A DNA stretch of 64,000 nt from the IMG/VR virus record IMGVR_UViG_3300021431_000084; one strand, given 5' to 3'. The DNA is from a virus (lineage: Duplodnaviria; Caudoviricetes). Under the pieces are notes generated by a model. It was not told where the DNA came from. It did not search any database and saw only the letters and a list, made by a program, of their open reading frames with translations. Positions within the stretch are counted from its first letter, which is position 1. Each line of letters begins with the position of its first letter. Of the stretch, positions 50,862-59,423 are shown one piece after another. Made by a program: the position numbers and the translations under genes.

Positions 50862-51208
50862 TTCTGTATTCCCTTCTTCTTAACAAAGTATTTACAGTTT
50901 TGAATAGGAACACATTCTCCTGCATATTGACAGTAATCGTCTATCGCATCCTCGTATAAATCGCAATTATAGCAATTTTTGCTACCATTACACCCAGCAC
51001 AGTGCCAGTATACATAGTCATTACAATGGTGTTTACGTTCACAAGTTTCTTCTCGATATGGTTCGTATCCAATATCTAAAGGCTTAATGGGTTTAACATC
51101 TTTACCTTCGGATAAACAGGTGAAAGCAGACAAAATATCATTACCACTATAAATGCTATGCCCGGCAACTAATCTATAAACATCATCTATATCAATTGCT
51201 TTTTTCAT
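50858..51208 (-). CDS. Cys-rich hypothetical protein
   Basis: 116 aa, first gene after a consensus promoter. Confidence 0.6.
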   Translation of the reverse strand: MKKAIDIDDVYRLVAGHSIYSGNDILSAFTCLSEGKDVKPIKPLDIGYEPYREETCERKHHCNDYVYWHCAGCNGSKNCYNCDLYEDAIDDYCQYAGECVPIQNCKYFVKKKGIQK

Positions 51209-51283
51209 TCTTTTCTCCTTCTATTGGTTCTCCGTATTACATACTCACTTGTTATTCTTATTCTATTCTATCTTCATATATAT

Positions 51284-51312
51284 ATTATAACATATTTTTA
51301 TTTGTTTGTCAA
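51284..51312 (-). promoter_or_regulatory. sigmaA promoter
   Basis: TTGACA-17-TATAAT with TG. Confidence 0.85.
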
Positions 51313-51453
51313 GAGAAATTTTTACAAAAATTTATAAAATCATTCTTATTTGGACAATTTACTCTCAAAATTTTGAAGAGTGTTTTTTGTCTGTGAGACG
51401 ATTTGTGCGCTTGGGCGCGGCGCGAGCAACCCATGAAAACTTTTTTATTAAAT

Positions 51454-51489
51454 AAAAAAAGGGGAGATTTCAATTAAGAAATCTCCCTT
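51454..51489 (-). terminator. Intrinsic terminator right after the tRNA
   Basis: GGGAGATTTC-aattaa-GAAATCTCCC with A-run. Confidence 0.85.
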
Positions 51490-51562
51490 TGGAGTGCCCC
51501 GTGGGAGTTGAACCCACCCCAACGATTTTGCAGACCGCTTGCCCTCCGCGAACATGAGGCAC
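51490..51562 (-). tRNA. tRNA-Cys(GCA), atypical D/anticodon arms
   Basis: Acceptor GTGCCTC/GGGGCAC, anticodon loop CTGCAAA, T-arm GTGGG-TTCAACT-CCCAC, U73 discriminator and encoded CCA. Confidence 0.85.
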
Positions 51563-51675
51563 ATTTTGGGTAAGGATTTGCACCTTACATGAGGTCATCC
51601 ATTCTTTATTTACACCGTCCTCAGACCTCTTAATGCACGGTCACGAACTGTGTCTACCTATTCCGCCACCAAAGT
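51563..51675 (-). ncRNA. tRNA-like RNA or degenerate tRNA with about 60-nt centre
   Basis: Ends ACTTTGG/CCAAAAT, Leu/Ser-type D arm TGGCGGAATAGGTAGAC, T-like arm GTAAGG-TGCAAAT-CCTTAC; no canonical anticodon arm. Confidence 0.55.
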
Positions 51676-51678
51676 TTA

Positions 51679-51888
51679 TTATTCTAACTTATCATCATAA
51701 TCATCAACATAAAATCTATCATCATCATAATAAGTGCTTAACATATATCTTAAATCAAAGGCTAAATCTTGGATATGTAATTCCCGACTTTCATTTTCTA
51801 TTTTAGTCAAACCACTCCAACATCTTTCTATAAGAGCATCACGATTATCAGCACCCAATTTATTGTTTAATTGATATTTAGTTCTCAT
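51679..51888 (-). CDS. Hypothetical protein
   Basis: About 69 aa ORF (start MRTKY). Confidence 0.5.
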   Translation of the reverse strand: MRTKYQLNNKLGADNRDALIERCWSGLTKIENESRELHIQDLAFDLRYMLSTYYDDDRFYVDDYDDKLE

Positions 51889-51893
51889 AATAA

Positions 51894-52403
51894 TTACTCC
51901 CAATCAATATCTTTCTTCAAAAGCTCCATAATAATTAGGTTACGATAATTACCTGTTCTATCTCTCATGTAACCTGTGAGCTGGATCTTGTTCTTCTCAT
52001 AGGCGCCGGCCGCAAACTCCACTATCTTTTGGTATCCTAAGCCTGCTTTATTATCGCTTACATATCTAAATTCAATTCTACGAGGATTGAGATATAAAAT
52101 CTGTTTAATAATATCTACAATACCTAATGCCATTGTCATTTTATATTTACTATTTTGATTAAAACAAATTAAACCAAAATTACAAACTTGATGTGAATAA
52201 AAGTCAACTCTATAACTAACATATCCAACAATCTCACCATCCTCTTGGTTTACAATAGCAAATTGATATTTTCCATCTTCTTCTTTCATGGTCCATTCAT
52301 AGTTCTCAATACACCCATTATAGAAGATGATTTCATCAGTATATAAATAGTTTTTAAATAAGGCTTCAACTTCACTCTTGCGGCTTATGGCTGGAACTAA
52401 CAT
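51894..52403 (-). CDS. Putative GNAT (RimL-like) acetyltransferase
   Basis: 'FAIV..DGEIVGYV', 'RRIEFRYVSDNKA..YQK' and C-terminal 'D..GNY...IMEL' pattern. Confidence 0.6.
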   Translation of the reverse strand: MLVPAISRKSEVEALFKNYLYTDEIIFYNGCIENYEWTMKEEDGKYQFAIVNQEDGEIVGYVSYRVDFYSHQVCNFGLICFNQNSKYKMTMALGIVDIIKQILYLNPRRIEFRYVSDNKAGLGYQKIVEFAAGAYEKNKIQLTGYMRDRTGNYRNLIIMELLKKDIDWE

Positions 52404-52584
52404 AAATATCTATTCTCTCCTCGACCTTCATTATCTTATCAACACAATAATCTATGTATTCATAAGGTACATCTTTTACAAAACCTCTAAATACAAGTTC
52501 ACCCGAATAATGAATTCCAATTTTATCTCCAAGTTTTGGAATTAAATTAAGTAAATCGCCAAGTTGAATTATTTTATACTCCAT
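52372..52584 (-). CDS. Hypothetical protein
   Basis: 70 aa; resembles 52594..52857 ('L.DLL..I...F.G...DVP'). Confidence 0.55.
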   Translation of the reverse strand: MEYKIIQLGDLLNLIPKLGDKIGIHYSGELVFRGFVKDVPYEYIDYCVDKIMKVEERIDIYVSSSHKPQE

Positions 52585-52593
52585 ATTTACTCC

Positions 52594-52857
52594 TTAAATT
52601 ATACTAATTATTAGGCAAGGTATTGTTTGTCCTTCATATTCCATAGATTTAACCCAACACTTACTTACACTATATGGTTCTGAATATTTAAAAGGTACAT
52701 CGCCTGCTTTTCCAATAAATTCTATATTATCTCTTGTTGTTTCAAAGGAATAATTAGTTGAGCAATGAGTTAACACAACCATTTCTTCCCAAGAAATTCG
52801 AGTTAATAATTCTTTTAAAGGCAAATAATCTTCTTCAATAGTTAAACAAGCCGCCAT
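52594..52857 (-). CDS. Hypothetical protein
   Basis: 87 aa. Confidence 0.55.
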   Translation of the reverse strand: MAACLTIEEDYLPLKELLTRISWEEMVVLTHCSTNYSFETTRDNIEFIGKAGDVPFKYSEPYSVSKCWVKSMEYEGQTIPCLIISII

Positions 52858-52860
52858 AAT

Positions 52861-53112
52861 TTATTCTCCAAATACCTCGTTAAGTATATCATATATTTCT
52901 TCTGGTGTATTGCAGACATCATATGCTCTCTGAATAGTGTACAGCTGTGTTAGCCAATCTGCTACTTGTCTGTCACGATCAGCATATCTTAGCTCTTGGG
53001 CTGCAGAACTATCAAAACTATCTCTTGCGAATCTATGAGCCTGCTCCACATGCTCCATAGCAGAATTTTGTAAATTTCCAATTTCCTTTTCTATTTCATT
53101 CATAATTTTCAC
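52861..53112 (-). CDS. Hypothetical protein
   Basis: 83 aa, AAGGAG RBS. Confidence 0.55.
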   Translation of the reverse strand: MKIMNEIEKEIGNLQNSAMEHVEQAHRFARDSFDSSAAQELRYADRDRQVADWLTQLYTIQRAYDVCNTPEEIYDILNEVFGE

Positions 53113-53115
53113 TCC

Positions 53116-53631
53116 TTATATAATTTCGGCTCTTTCCTTAAACTTTTCTTCAGCAAATTCTTCTGCTTTTATATCACCAGCTTTTATTATTAAACCTCTA
53201 TCTTTTCCAGATTTAGTCCAATAGTAAAATGTACCCGCATAGGCATTTTCATTTATAATAACCGTGCACTCATACACTCCATCTGCTTCTGGTAAATGAG
53301 TAACATAGCACCCATCAAAACCATTTTCCTTTTCCAGTTCACCGTGAAGATAAACATAAGGAGTTGCTTTGAAGGTATAATCTTTAACTCCTATAACCTT
53401 TACATAATCTACTATGGTAACAAAATATACACTCCAAGAACCGAAGTCGCAATAAACTTCTCCCCTGTCTCCCAACCAGCTACGAGTGAAATGAGGGTTA
53501 GAAAAACCCCATTTTTCCATTTCTTCTAAACGAGCCTTGTAATATTCTTCATAGGAGAAATATTCGCCTATTTTAGTACGACTTTTAATACCTTCTGCTG
53601 GATATTCAAGATATAACATATATTTCTTCAT
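53116..53631 (-). CDS. Hypothetical protein
   Basis: 171 aa, 'RSW......DFGSWS' motif; first gene after a consensus promoter. Confidence 0.6.
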   Translation of the reverse strand: MKKYMLYLEYPAEGIKSRTKIGEYFSYEEYYKARLEEMEKWGFSNPHFTRSWLGDRGEVYCDFGSWSVYFVTIVDYVKVIGVKDYTFKATPYVYLHGELEKENGFDGCYVTHLPEADGVYECTVIINENAYAGTFYYWTKSGKDRGLIIKAGDIKAEEFAEEKFKERAEII

Positions 53632-53662
53632 AGGGCATATTTCTCCTTTATTTTATATATAT

Positions 53663-53691
53663 ATTATATCACAATTTTTTATTTTTGTCAA
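53663..53691 (-). promoter_or_regulatory. sigmaA promoter
   Basis: TTGACA-17-TATAAT with TG. Confidence 0.85.
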
Positions 53692-53759
53692 TAAAGAATT
53701 TTTTGACACAGTGGTGGCTCTTTTTGGTTTTACTACATAAAGAGCTTGAAAAAGTAGGG

Positions 53760-54086
53760 TTAATTACATACTTTTAGTACAATATTTATATCTACATCTG
53801 GTTTTTGTTGAGGTGCAATAAATGTAAGCAATCCATCACAACTAAAGTTATATGTAATATAACCAAACTGCTCCATTATTTGTTTATCTTTTTCCTCATC
53901 TCCCGTAGAAACCAATCCGACTACCTGATAATCTACATTCTCCTCGGGGATATCCATTATGATACAGTACGACGATGGAACACAGTCCGCCCAATTATCC
54001 TTATTAAGCGTAAAGTAAATCTCATTTGTATCATTAGGAAATAATATAAGTTCTTTAGGTATATCAATTCTTTTAATATCTGACAT
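53760..54086 (-). CDS. Tail-fibre-associated small protein
   Basis: C-terminal 'DGLLTFIA..KPDVDINIVLK'; last gene of the fibre cluster. Confidence 0.55.
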   Translation of the reverse strand: MSDIKRIDIPKELILFPNDTNEIYFTLNKDNWADCVPSSYCIIMDIPEENVDYQVVGLVSTGDEEKDKQIMEQFGYITYNFSCDGLLTFIAPQQKPDVDINIVLKVCN

Positions 54087-54097
54087 ATTAACTCTCC

Positions 54098-54853
54098 TTA
54101 TGATAAGTTCTTTATTCCTACTACTGAAGTTATAATATAGTTAGATGCAGAAGTATTTGGAGTAATATCTCCACGAGTAATACCACTTGTAGTTGCTGTT
54201 AATGAAATAGAATAACAGTTACTAAGCACCCATCCATAATTCCTACCCATAACGCCAGCAGCACGTGCGCCACCACCAACAGGCAACATACAACTTCCTT
54301 GTGGCTGTTCGGGGTAATCAGCAGTAGTTTTTAAAGTCACATAAACCCATTTGTATGCAGATAAATTAACCGATATATTGCCGGTACTACTACCACTCCA
54401 TGCAGTCACACGAGAAGCCGTAGGAACGTTTACAGTAACTTTAGAAAAACCTAATTTTCCACTCGATGGTGTATATGTACCATTTGAAGTAATAGATTTC
54501 GTTTCAGTAGCCTGATTAACGCTAACTGTTACTTTAGAGAAACCTATTTTACCTGAAGAAGGTGTGTATGTACCATTTGAGGTAATAGATTTCGTTTCAG
54601 TAGCTTGGTTGACATTAACAGTAACTTTAGAAAATCCAACTTTACCACTCGATGGGGTATAAGTACCATTTGCAGTTATTGATTTTTCTTCAGTAGAAGC
54701 ATTTACATTAACAGTTACTTTAGAATATCCGTCTGCATCGTCGCTCGTGGCATTATATGTACCATTAGCCGTTATTGTTTTCTCTTTTAAAGTGGCATCT
54801 GGGCCACTTCCGAATATAAAATACTCGTGTCCATTATGTACTATTTTTGGCAT
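54098..54853 (-). CDS. Fibre protein with four 31-aa repeats
   Basis: N-terminal 'MPKIVHNGHEY'; repeats 'KSIT.NGTYTPSSGK.GFSKVTVNV'. Confidence 0.7.
   Translation of the reverse strand: MPKIVHNGHEYFIFGSGPDATLKEKTITANGTYNATSDDADGYSKVTVNVNASTEEKSITANGTYTPSSGKVGFSKVTVNVNQATETKSITSNGTYTPSSGKIGFSKVTVSVNQATETKSITSNGTYTPSSGKLGFSKVTVNVPTASRVTAWSGSSTGNISVNLSAYKWVYVTLKTTADYPEQPQGSCMLPVGGGARAAGVMGRNYGWVLSNCYSISLTATTSGITRGDITPNTSASNYIITSVVGIKNLS
54427..54790. repeat. Coding tandem repeat, about 93-bp period, 4 copies
   Basis: GATTTCGTTTCAGTAGC at 54495 and 54588. Confidence 0.85.
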
Positions 54854-54864
54854 ATGTTACTCCT

Positions 54865-55530
54865 TTAATGTATTCGTTTCCAAGCATACTGCCCTATCGG
54901 ATAGCCAAGTTCTATAACAGTACAGCAGGGTGCTTCTGTATTACCACCCTCTTGAAAATTTATTGGGCCAGAACCAACATGAACTCTAAATTTATAAGTA
55001 TGCTGACCTGCGGAAACACCTTTATCTAAATAAACAATACCACCATCGCCGTTATATGAATTTCCGCCACTGCATTGTACCGTTCGAACGGCTATTTGTG
55101 AGCCATCTCGAAATATGTATAGTGAAAACCAAACCGCCGTAGCTGATAGAGGGTTAGCATCTGCATCAAAAGCTAACAACACAGGATTTCCATTAGTTGT
55201 TACCACAATATTTTTATCCGTATCAACCCCGCTTGCAACATTGGTTAACCCCGTAATTCTTTCACATGCATTTGCAATATTAACCGCCGTCCAAGTTGTC
55301 CCACTTAACCACGTACTCGGATTTGCGCTTGATGAACTTGTAAGAATAGACCCAACAGGATAGATAATATCAACAATAGATGGTGCATCTGTAATCACAT
55401 AAAGAGTACCATTATTTTTCTGTTCAGATGGTAAAGCATCATATTCTGCTTGGGTTATTTCAATTGTTATAGTATTACCGGTGCCACCACTACCCGCGTA
55501 TTCTATACCATTAAGCATTATCTTAGGCAT
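54865..55530 (-). CDS. Fibre module protein
   Basis: 'MPKIMLNGIEY' + 'ITQAEYDAL..KNNGTLYVITD' + 'IYPVGSI' gp10/gp12-like segment. Confidence 0.7.
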   Translation of the reverse strand: MPKIMLNGIEYAGSGGTGNTITIEITQAEYDALPSEQKNNGTLYVITDAPSIVDIIYPVGSILTSSSSANPSTWLSGTTWTAVNIANACERITGLTNVASGVDTDKNIVVTTNGNPVLLAFDADANPLSATAVWFSLYIFRDGSQIAVRTVQCSGGNSYNGDGGIVYLDKGVSAGQHTYKFRVHVGSGPINFQEGGNTEAPCCTVIELGYPIGQYAWKRIH

Positions 55531-55544
55531 ATTTTATCCCCCCA

Positions 55545-56363
55545 TTAAACGTAAGTCATTGTATTTGCTATATTAAGAGTACCGGTTGCTGTACTATAAT
55601 TATAAATTAAAACAGTTCCATCAGTTTTAATGTTAAACCTTATAGCCACATCATCCGCAGAAGGAACAAAAAGAGTCTCATAAACATCCATCTGTGGTCT
55701 AAAATTAGTGGGGAGGGTAAAGTCAAGTGTTGTATACGCTTTAGCAGTTAAATTTTTTGGATCAACAATACGCACAATCTTAATTCCATTTATTTCAGTA
55801 AAATAAAATTTTCCATAATTAGAGGTTCTTTGATCAAATACCTCTACCCATCCGTATTGAGTATAATCAACCATTCTCCAAGACGTACCATCATAAGTAA
55901 ATGATATAACTTGATTATTATTCCACGATTCATATGGATTTGTGCTAGGACTTACAGTGCCATATCTATAAATAAGTTTTGCCCCTGTACCACTAACATT
56001 GAGTGTTGGAGAAGTAGCACTATTTGAATTGATAAATAATACTCTAATAGATACGCCTGCAATAAGATTAGTTGAAGAAAAACCCAATATATTTACTTCC
56101 TTCTCCGCCACATCGGCATTTGTATTACAAACACCATAAAAAGCAGTATCAACAGAAGAAGAACTGTCTGTAATACAGTACATAGTACCATTGTTTTTCT
56201 CGTCTTCACTCAAAGCATCATAATCGGCTTGAGTGATTTCTACTATCTTTCCTTCGATTTCATCTATTTTATCAGCTACAGTTTTCGTAGGACTATATTG
56301 TACTTGATTGGCAGTAGTAGCTGTACCGCCATATTCTATTCCATTTCTTATTATTTTTGACAT
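55545..56363 (-). CDS. Fibre module protein
   Basis: 'MSKIIRNGIEY' + 'ITQADYDAL..KNNGTMYCITD' + 'PTLNVSGTGAK..YDGTSW' + 'LPTNFRP' tip domain. Confidence 0.7.
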   Translation of the reverse strand: MSKIIRNGIEYGGTATTANQVQYSPTKTVADKIDEIEGKIVEITQADYDALSEDEKNNGTMYCITDSSSSVDTAFYGVCNTNADVAEKEVNILGFSSTNLIAGVSIRVLFINSNSATSPTLNVSGTGAKLIYRYGTVSPSTNPYESWNNNQVISFTYDGTSWRMVDYTQYGWVEVFDQRTSNYGKFYFTEINGIKIVRIVDPKNLTAKAYTTLDFTLPTNFRPQMDVYETLFVPSADDVAIRFNIKTDGTVLIYNYSTATGTLNIANTMTYV

Positions 56364-56440
56364 ATGATGGTCTCCTTAAATATCTGAAAGTTTCAAAACC
56401 ATTGACGGAACATATAGAATCAAGTTCTTAGTTATTCTCC

Positions 56441-56956
56441 TTATTCCGAAATCCACCAACCCTGCCCCCATAGCCTCATATTTGCGGTCGGAGAATATAC
56501 TTGTATAAGACCATCGGTTGTGATTCGGCATTCTGCATTATTGAAGCCTCCTGCTTCATCTACTAAATAGAACTCCATTATTCCCTTTGGTTTATGACCT
56601 TCAGGAACTGTTGCCTGAGTCACCCACCCTGAACCAGCATTTACCGTAGCGAAATAGAGTCTCAAAGAGTGAATTTTTCCGTAAATCGTACATTGATTGT
56701 CCCTCAGTGCCGCACTTCCTGTGGTCGTTACAAAATTATTAACAAACTGCGTCGTTAGCATTTCCGCCACACTCGTATTATCACTCGTACTCATAGCTAT
56801 TTCAGTAGCTAAAGGAGCACCTGCTTGTGCATCAGTAATATAGTAGTCAACTCCATCAGTCAATTTACTTGAGGGTAAAGCATCATATTGAGCTTGTGTA
56901 AGTTCTACTGAATTATCTCCAAAGTATTTTATTCCATTTCTGATTATATATCCCAT
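56441..56956 (-). CDS. Fibre module protein
   Basis: 'MGYIIRNGIKY' + 'LTQAQYDAL..DGVDYYITD' + 'VPEGHKP' tip domain. Confidence 0.7.
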   Translation of the reverse strand: MGYIIRNGIKYFGDNSVELTQAQYDALPSSKLTDGVDYYITDAQAGAPLATEIAMSTSDNTSVAEMLTTQFVNNFVTTTGSAALRDNQCTIYGKIHSLRLYFATVNAGSGWVTQATVPEGHKPKGIMEFYLVDEAGGFNNAECRITTDGLIQVYSPTANMRLWGQGWWISE

Positions 56957-56959
56957 AGA

Positions 56960-58009
56960 TTATGCATCCTTTATATATAAAACATCTAAACGTAGTGTTG
57001 TGGTAAGACTTCCCGTGGTATTGTTCCTATAGTAAACTCTTGCAGTAGATGAATTAGCCAAATAGAAGTCAGAATATGCCAAACCTGATGTACCACTACC
57101 TGTAATACCGACAATCCCGATTGCAGTATATCCAGCTTTTGTAATTGTAATATCCACATAGCTATTTGTCGCTGCAGCTATTACAAATTGAGCAGAAGCT
57201 ACTCGCGTTACACTGAATAAATTTCTAACGATAGCAGAAACAGTATCGGAACTTGCTTTGTCTGCAACTTCATCAATAGCACCCTGAACATTAGTAGCAC
57301 TTAAACTGCTATCAGAATTATCATACATTACTTGAGAAGCGGTAGCTACATTTGGATTATTAGTATCTTTGATATAATAAGTAACATCTGATTCTAAAGT
57401 TCCGGCTTGCTCCCAAGTATCATATTGAGCTTGTGTACACTCTATATAAGTAGTCTTGTCATCTAATGTATCGGATAATGATGTACTTCCATTAAATGTA
57501 AGATCTCCTGCAATAGTTTCATTACCTTGCCAGTCAAGTGTACGAGCATTGGAACGAGTATTAGCAGTACCGTTACCTATGATTTCTGCGTAAGTATTAT
57601 TATTGTCTGCAATATTATATCTACCACTCACATGTTGGGCAGACCCCGCTGCAATTGTATGGTTTCCTTCAGCATGAGAATAAACACCACTTGTGGTTGT
57701 ATAATTTCCTTCAGCATGTGAACTACTACCAGAAGCAGTAGTTTGTGACCCTTCTGCATGAGAATAATAACCAGAAGCAGTAGTTTGTGACCCTTCTGCA
57801 TGAGAATGATTACCAGAAGCAGTAGTATTATAACCTACAGCCACAGAATCAGCACCAATAGTAGTACTAGCTTTTCTATTTAAACTCAAACTACCACTAC
57901 CTGTTGGATTAACCTTATCCATCTTGTTAGATAAATCACTACGGGCTTTAAGGTCTTTAATATCATACTCATTACCATCAGGTGTTGTTATCTTACTAAT
58001 ATCAGCCAT
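56960..58009 (-). CDS. Fibre with short YadA-head-like (SHAEG) repeat array
   Basis: 4 SHAEG 14-aa repeats, 'SNARTLDWQGN', 'CTQAQYD..TYYIKD'. Confidence 0.75.
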   Translation of the reverse strand: MADISKITTPDGNEYDIKDLKARSDLSNKMDKVNPTGSGSLSLNRKASTTIGADSVAVGYNTTASGNHSHAEGSQTTASGYYSHAEGSQTTASGSSSHAEGNYTTTSGVYSHAEGNHTIAAGSAQHVSGRYNIADNNNTYAEIIGNGTANTRSNARTLDWQGNETIAGDLTFNGSTSLSDTLDDKTTYIECTQAQYDTWEQAGTLESDVTYYIKDTNNPNVATASQVMYDNSDSSLSATNVQGAIDEVADKASSDTVSAIVRNLFSVTRVASAQFVIAAATNSYVDITITKAGYTAIGIVGITGSGTSGLAYSDFYLANSSTARVYYRNNTTGSLTTTLRLDVLYIKDA

Positions 58010-58022
58010 ATTATCACCTCAT

Positions 58023-58574
58023 TTACGGAGTATATGACACAGTACCACTTGCAGGTGTGCCTGTGAATGTGGGGGCGGTTGCTTCATACTCCGCATCACC
58101 CGTTTTAGCTTGAACCGCCGTGGCAAGAGTAGGAACTGCACCAGCTGTAATAATAAGTCTCTCACCCTGTACGGTGTATGTCGGCATAGAGCCTGCATTT
58201 GTAACACCTGTAATAGGTGTCGTAGCACCTGCTGTCTTTACAGAAATACCTGGGGCGGACACATTACCTGTTGCTACTGTACTTACGGATACGCCGTCCT
58301 TATAAGCGAGTGCCCCAAGTGCCCCAAGGTCACCAAAAGCTGCCCAAGCCGTACCATCAAATATAAATTCACTATTACCATAAAGGGCAATGCCACCTGC
58401 TTCTGCTGTCACACTCTCCCCATTTATCGTAATGGGGTTAGTTGTTGAACCGTCGGAAAGAGGTGTTGTTGTTTTACCGAGGTACTTTGTAAAGCCCTCA
58501 AGATTGTCAACACGACTATCTCTTAAATCATATACGCTACCACTCGGCAATTCGATTTGACTTAAATTTGGCAT
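58023..58574 (-). CDS. Fibre/structural protein
   Basis: Thr/Ala/Gly-rich, 'LGALAYKD', 'PTFTGT'; N-terminus resembles that of 56960..58009. Confidence 0.65.
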   Translation of the reverse strand: MPNLSQIELPSGSVYDLRDSRVDNLEGFTKYLGKTTTPLSDGSTTNPITINGESVTAEAGGIALYGNSEFIFDGTAWAAFGDLGALGALAYKDGVSVSTVATGNVSAPGISVKTAGATTPITGVTNAGSMPTYTVQGERLIITAGAVPTLATAVQAKTGDAEYEATAPTFTGTPASGTVSYTP

Positions 58575-58587
58575 AATTAAATCTCCT

Positions 58588-59085
58588 TTACTTTGTTGTA
58601 AATATCAACCGTTTATCATTATTAGGATCTATATAACACCTAACTTTATCGTTCCAAAAATTTCTTTCTTCTTGAGTTATGTGAATGACAGTATTATTAA
58701 TGTGTTCAACAATCTCATCGTCAGTAAACGGTAAATCAATTAAATATGCTTTACCATCACCGATCTTAATAGCAGGCTTTCCATCTCTATAATCTGAATA
58801 AATATAAATAAACCCTGCTTTAGAAAGAGTTTTTGGTTTACTGTTCCATGTTGCTGTTGAAGCATACAATACTTTGCAATCTCCTCCTTCAACAACATAA
58901 ACAGTACCAAAAGATGCTTCTAATGGTAAATTTTCACCAAAGGAAATATCAAGAGTCTGATCAATACCATAATCAGCATCAATAACTTCATTTGTCTTTA
59001 AATCAACATTTACATTAGGTGGTGATGATCCTATTTTTGTATCTAAACTTGGATTAGAATTAAAATTAATTGGGAGTTCATTCAC
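58588..59085 (-). CDS. Tail-associated protein
   Basis: 'IKIGDG....DLPF', 'HINNTVIHITQEERNFWN'. Confidence 0.6.
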   Translation of the reverse strand: MNELPINFNSNPSLDTKIGSSPPNVNVDLKTNEVIDADYGIDQTLDISFGENLPLEASFGTVYVVEGGDCKVLYASTATWNSKPKTLSKAGFIYIYSDYRDGKPAIKIGDGKAYLIDLPFTDDEIVEHINNTVIHITQEERNFWNDKVRCYIDPNNDKRLIFTTK

Positions 59086-59398
59086 TTATAACGCCTCCCT
59101 TATAAACTTCTATAATAGATATAGACTTAGCTATACAAGCCAAAGCCGTTCCATCAGTCATTAAAAGACGAATTTGAAATAACGCACCACCTTCTTTTAG
59201 TCCTAAAGTATCATTTTGACTAAGAGTAACTTTTATGGTATGTGTGTTAGCATCAATATTAACATCTTCAATCTTTTTATCAACCACAACTCGCTTGTAT
59301 TGAGAAATATAAACCCAGATTTCGGCAACCTTGGTCAAGTCTATATCTGATTTTACATTTATTGTTATTGTTGGGGTTGTCCCTCGAATTATTTCCAT
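59078..59398 (-). CDS. BppU-N-like baseplate/adaptor protein
   Basis: 'IRGTTPT....LSQNDTL...QIR' Ig-like pattern. Confidence 0.55.
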   Translation of the reverse strand: MEIIRGTTPTITINVKSDIDLTKVAEIWVYISQYKRVVVDKKIEDVNIDANTHTIKVTLSQNDTLGLKEGGALFQIRLLMTDGTALACIAKSISIIEVYKGGVISE

Positions 59399-59423
59399 AG
59401 ATTACCTCTTTTCTGAAAAATGA

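Noticed and set aside
51313-51450. AT-rich stretch plus GC patch as a replication origin or genome end; plus-strand GGACA at 51352
   Set aside because: No iterons or DnaA-box cluster seen, and the GGACA lacks the N8-HAA-N18-YAWAT spacing.
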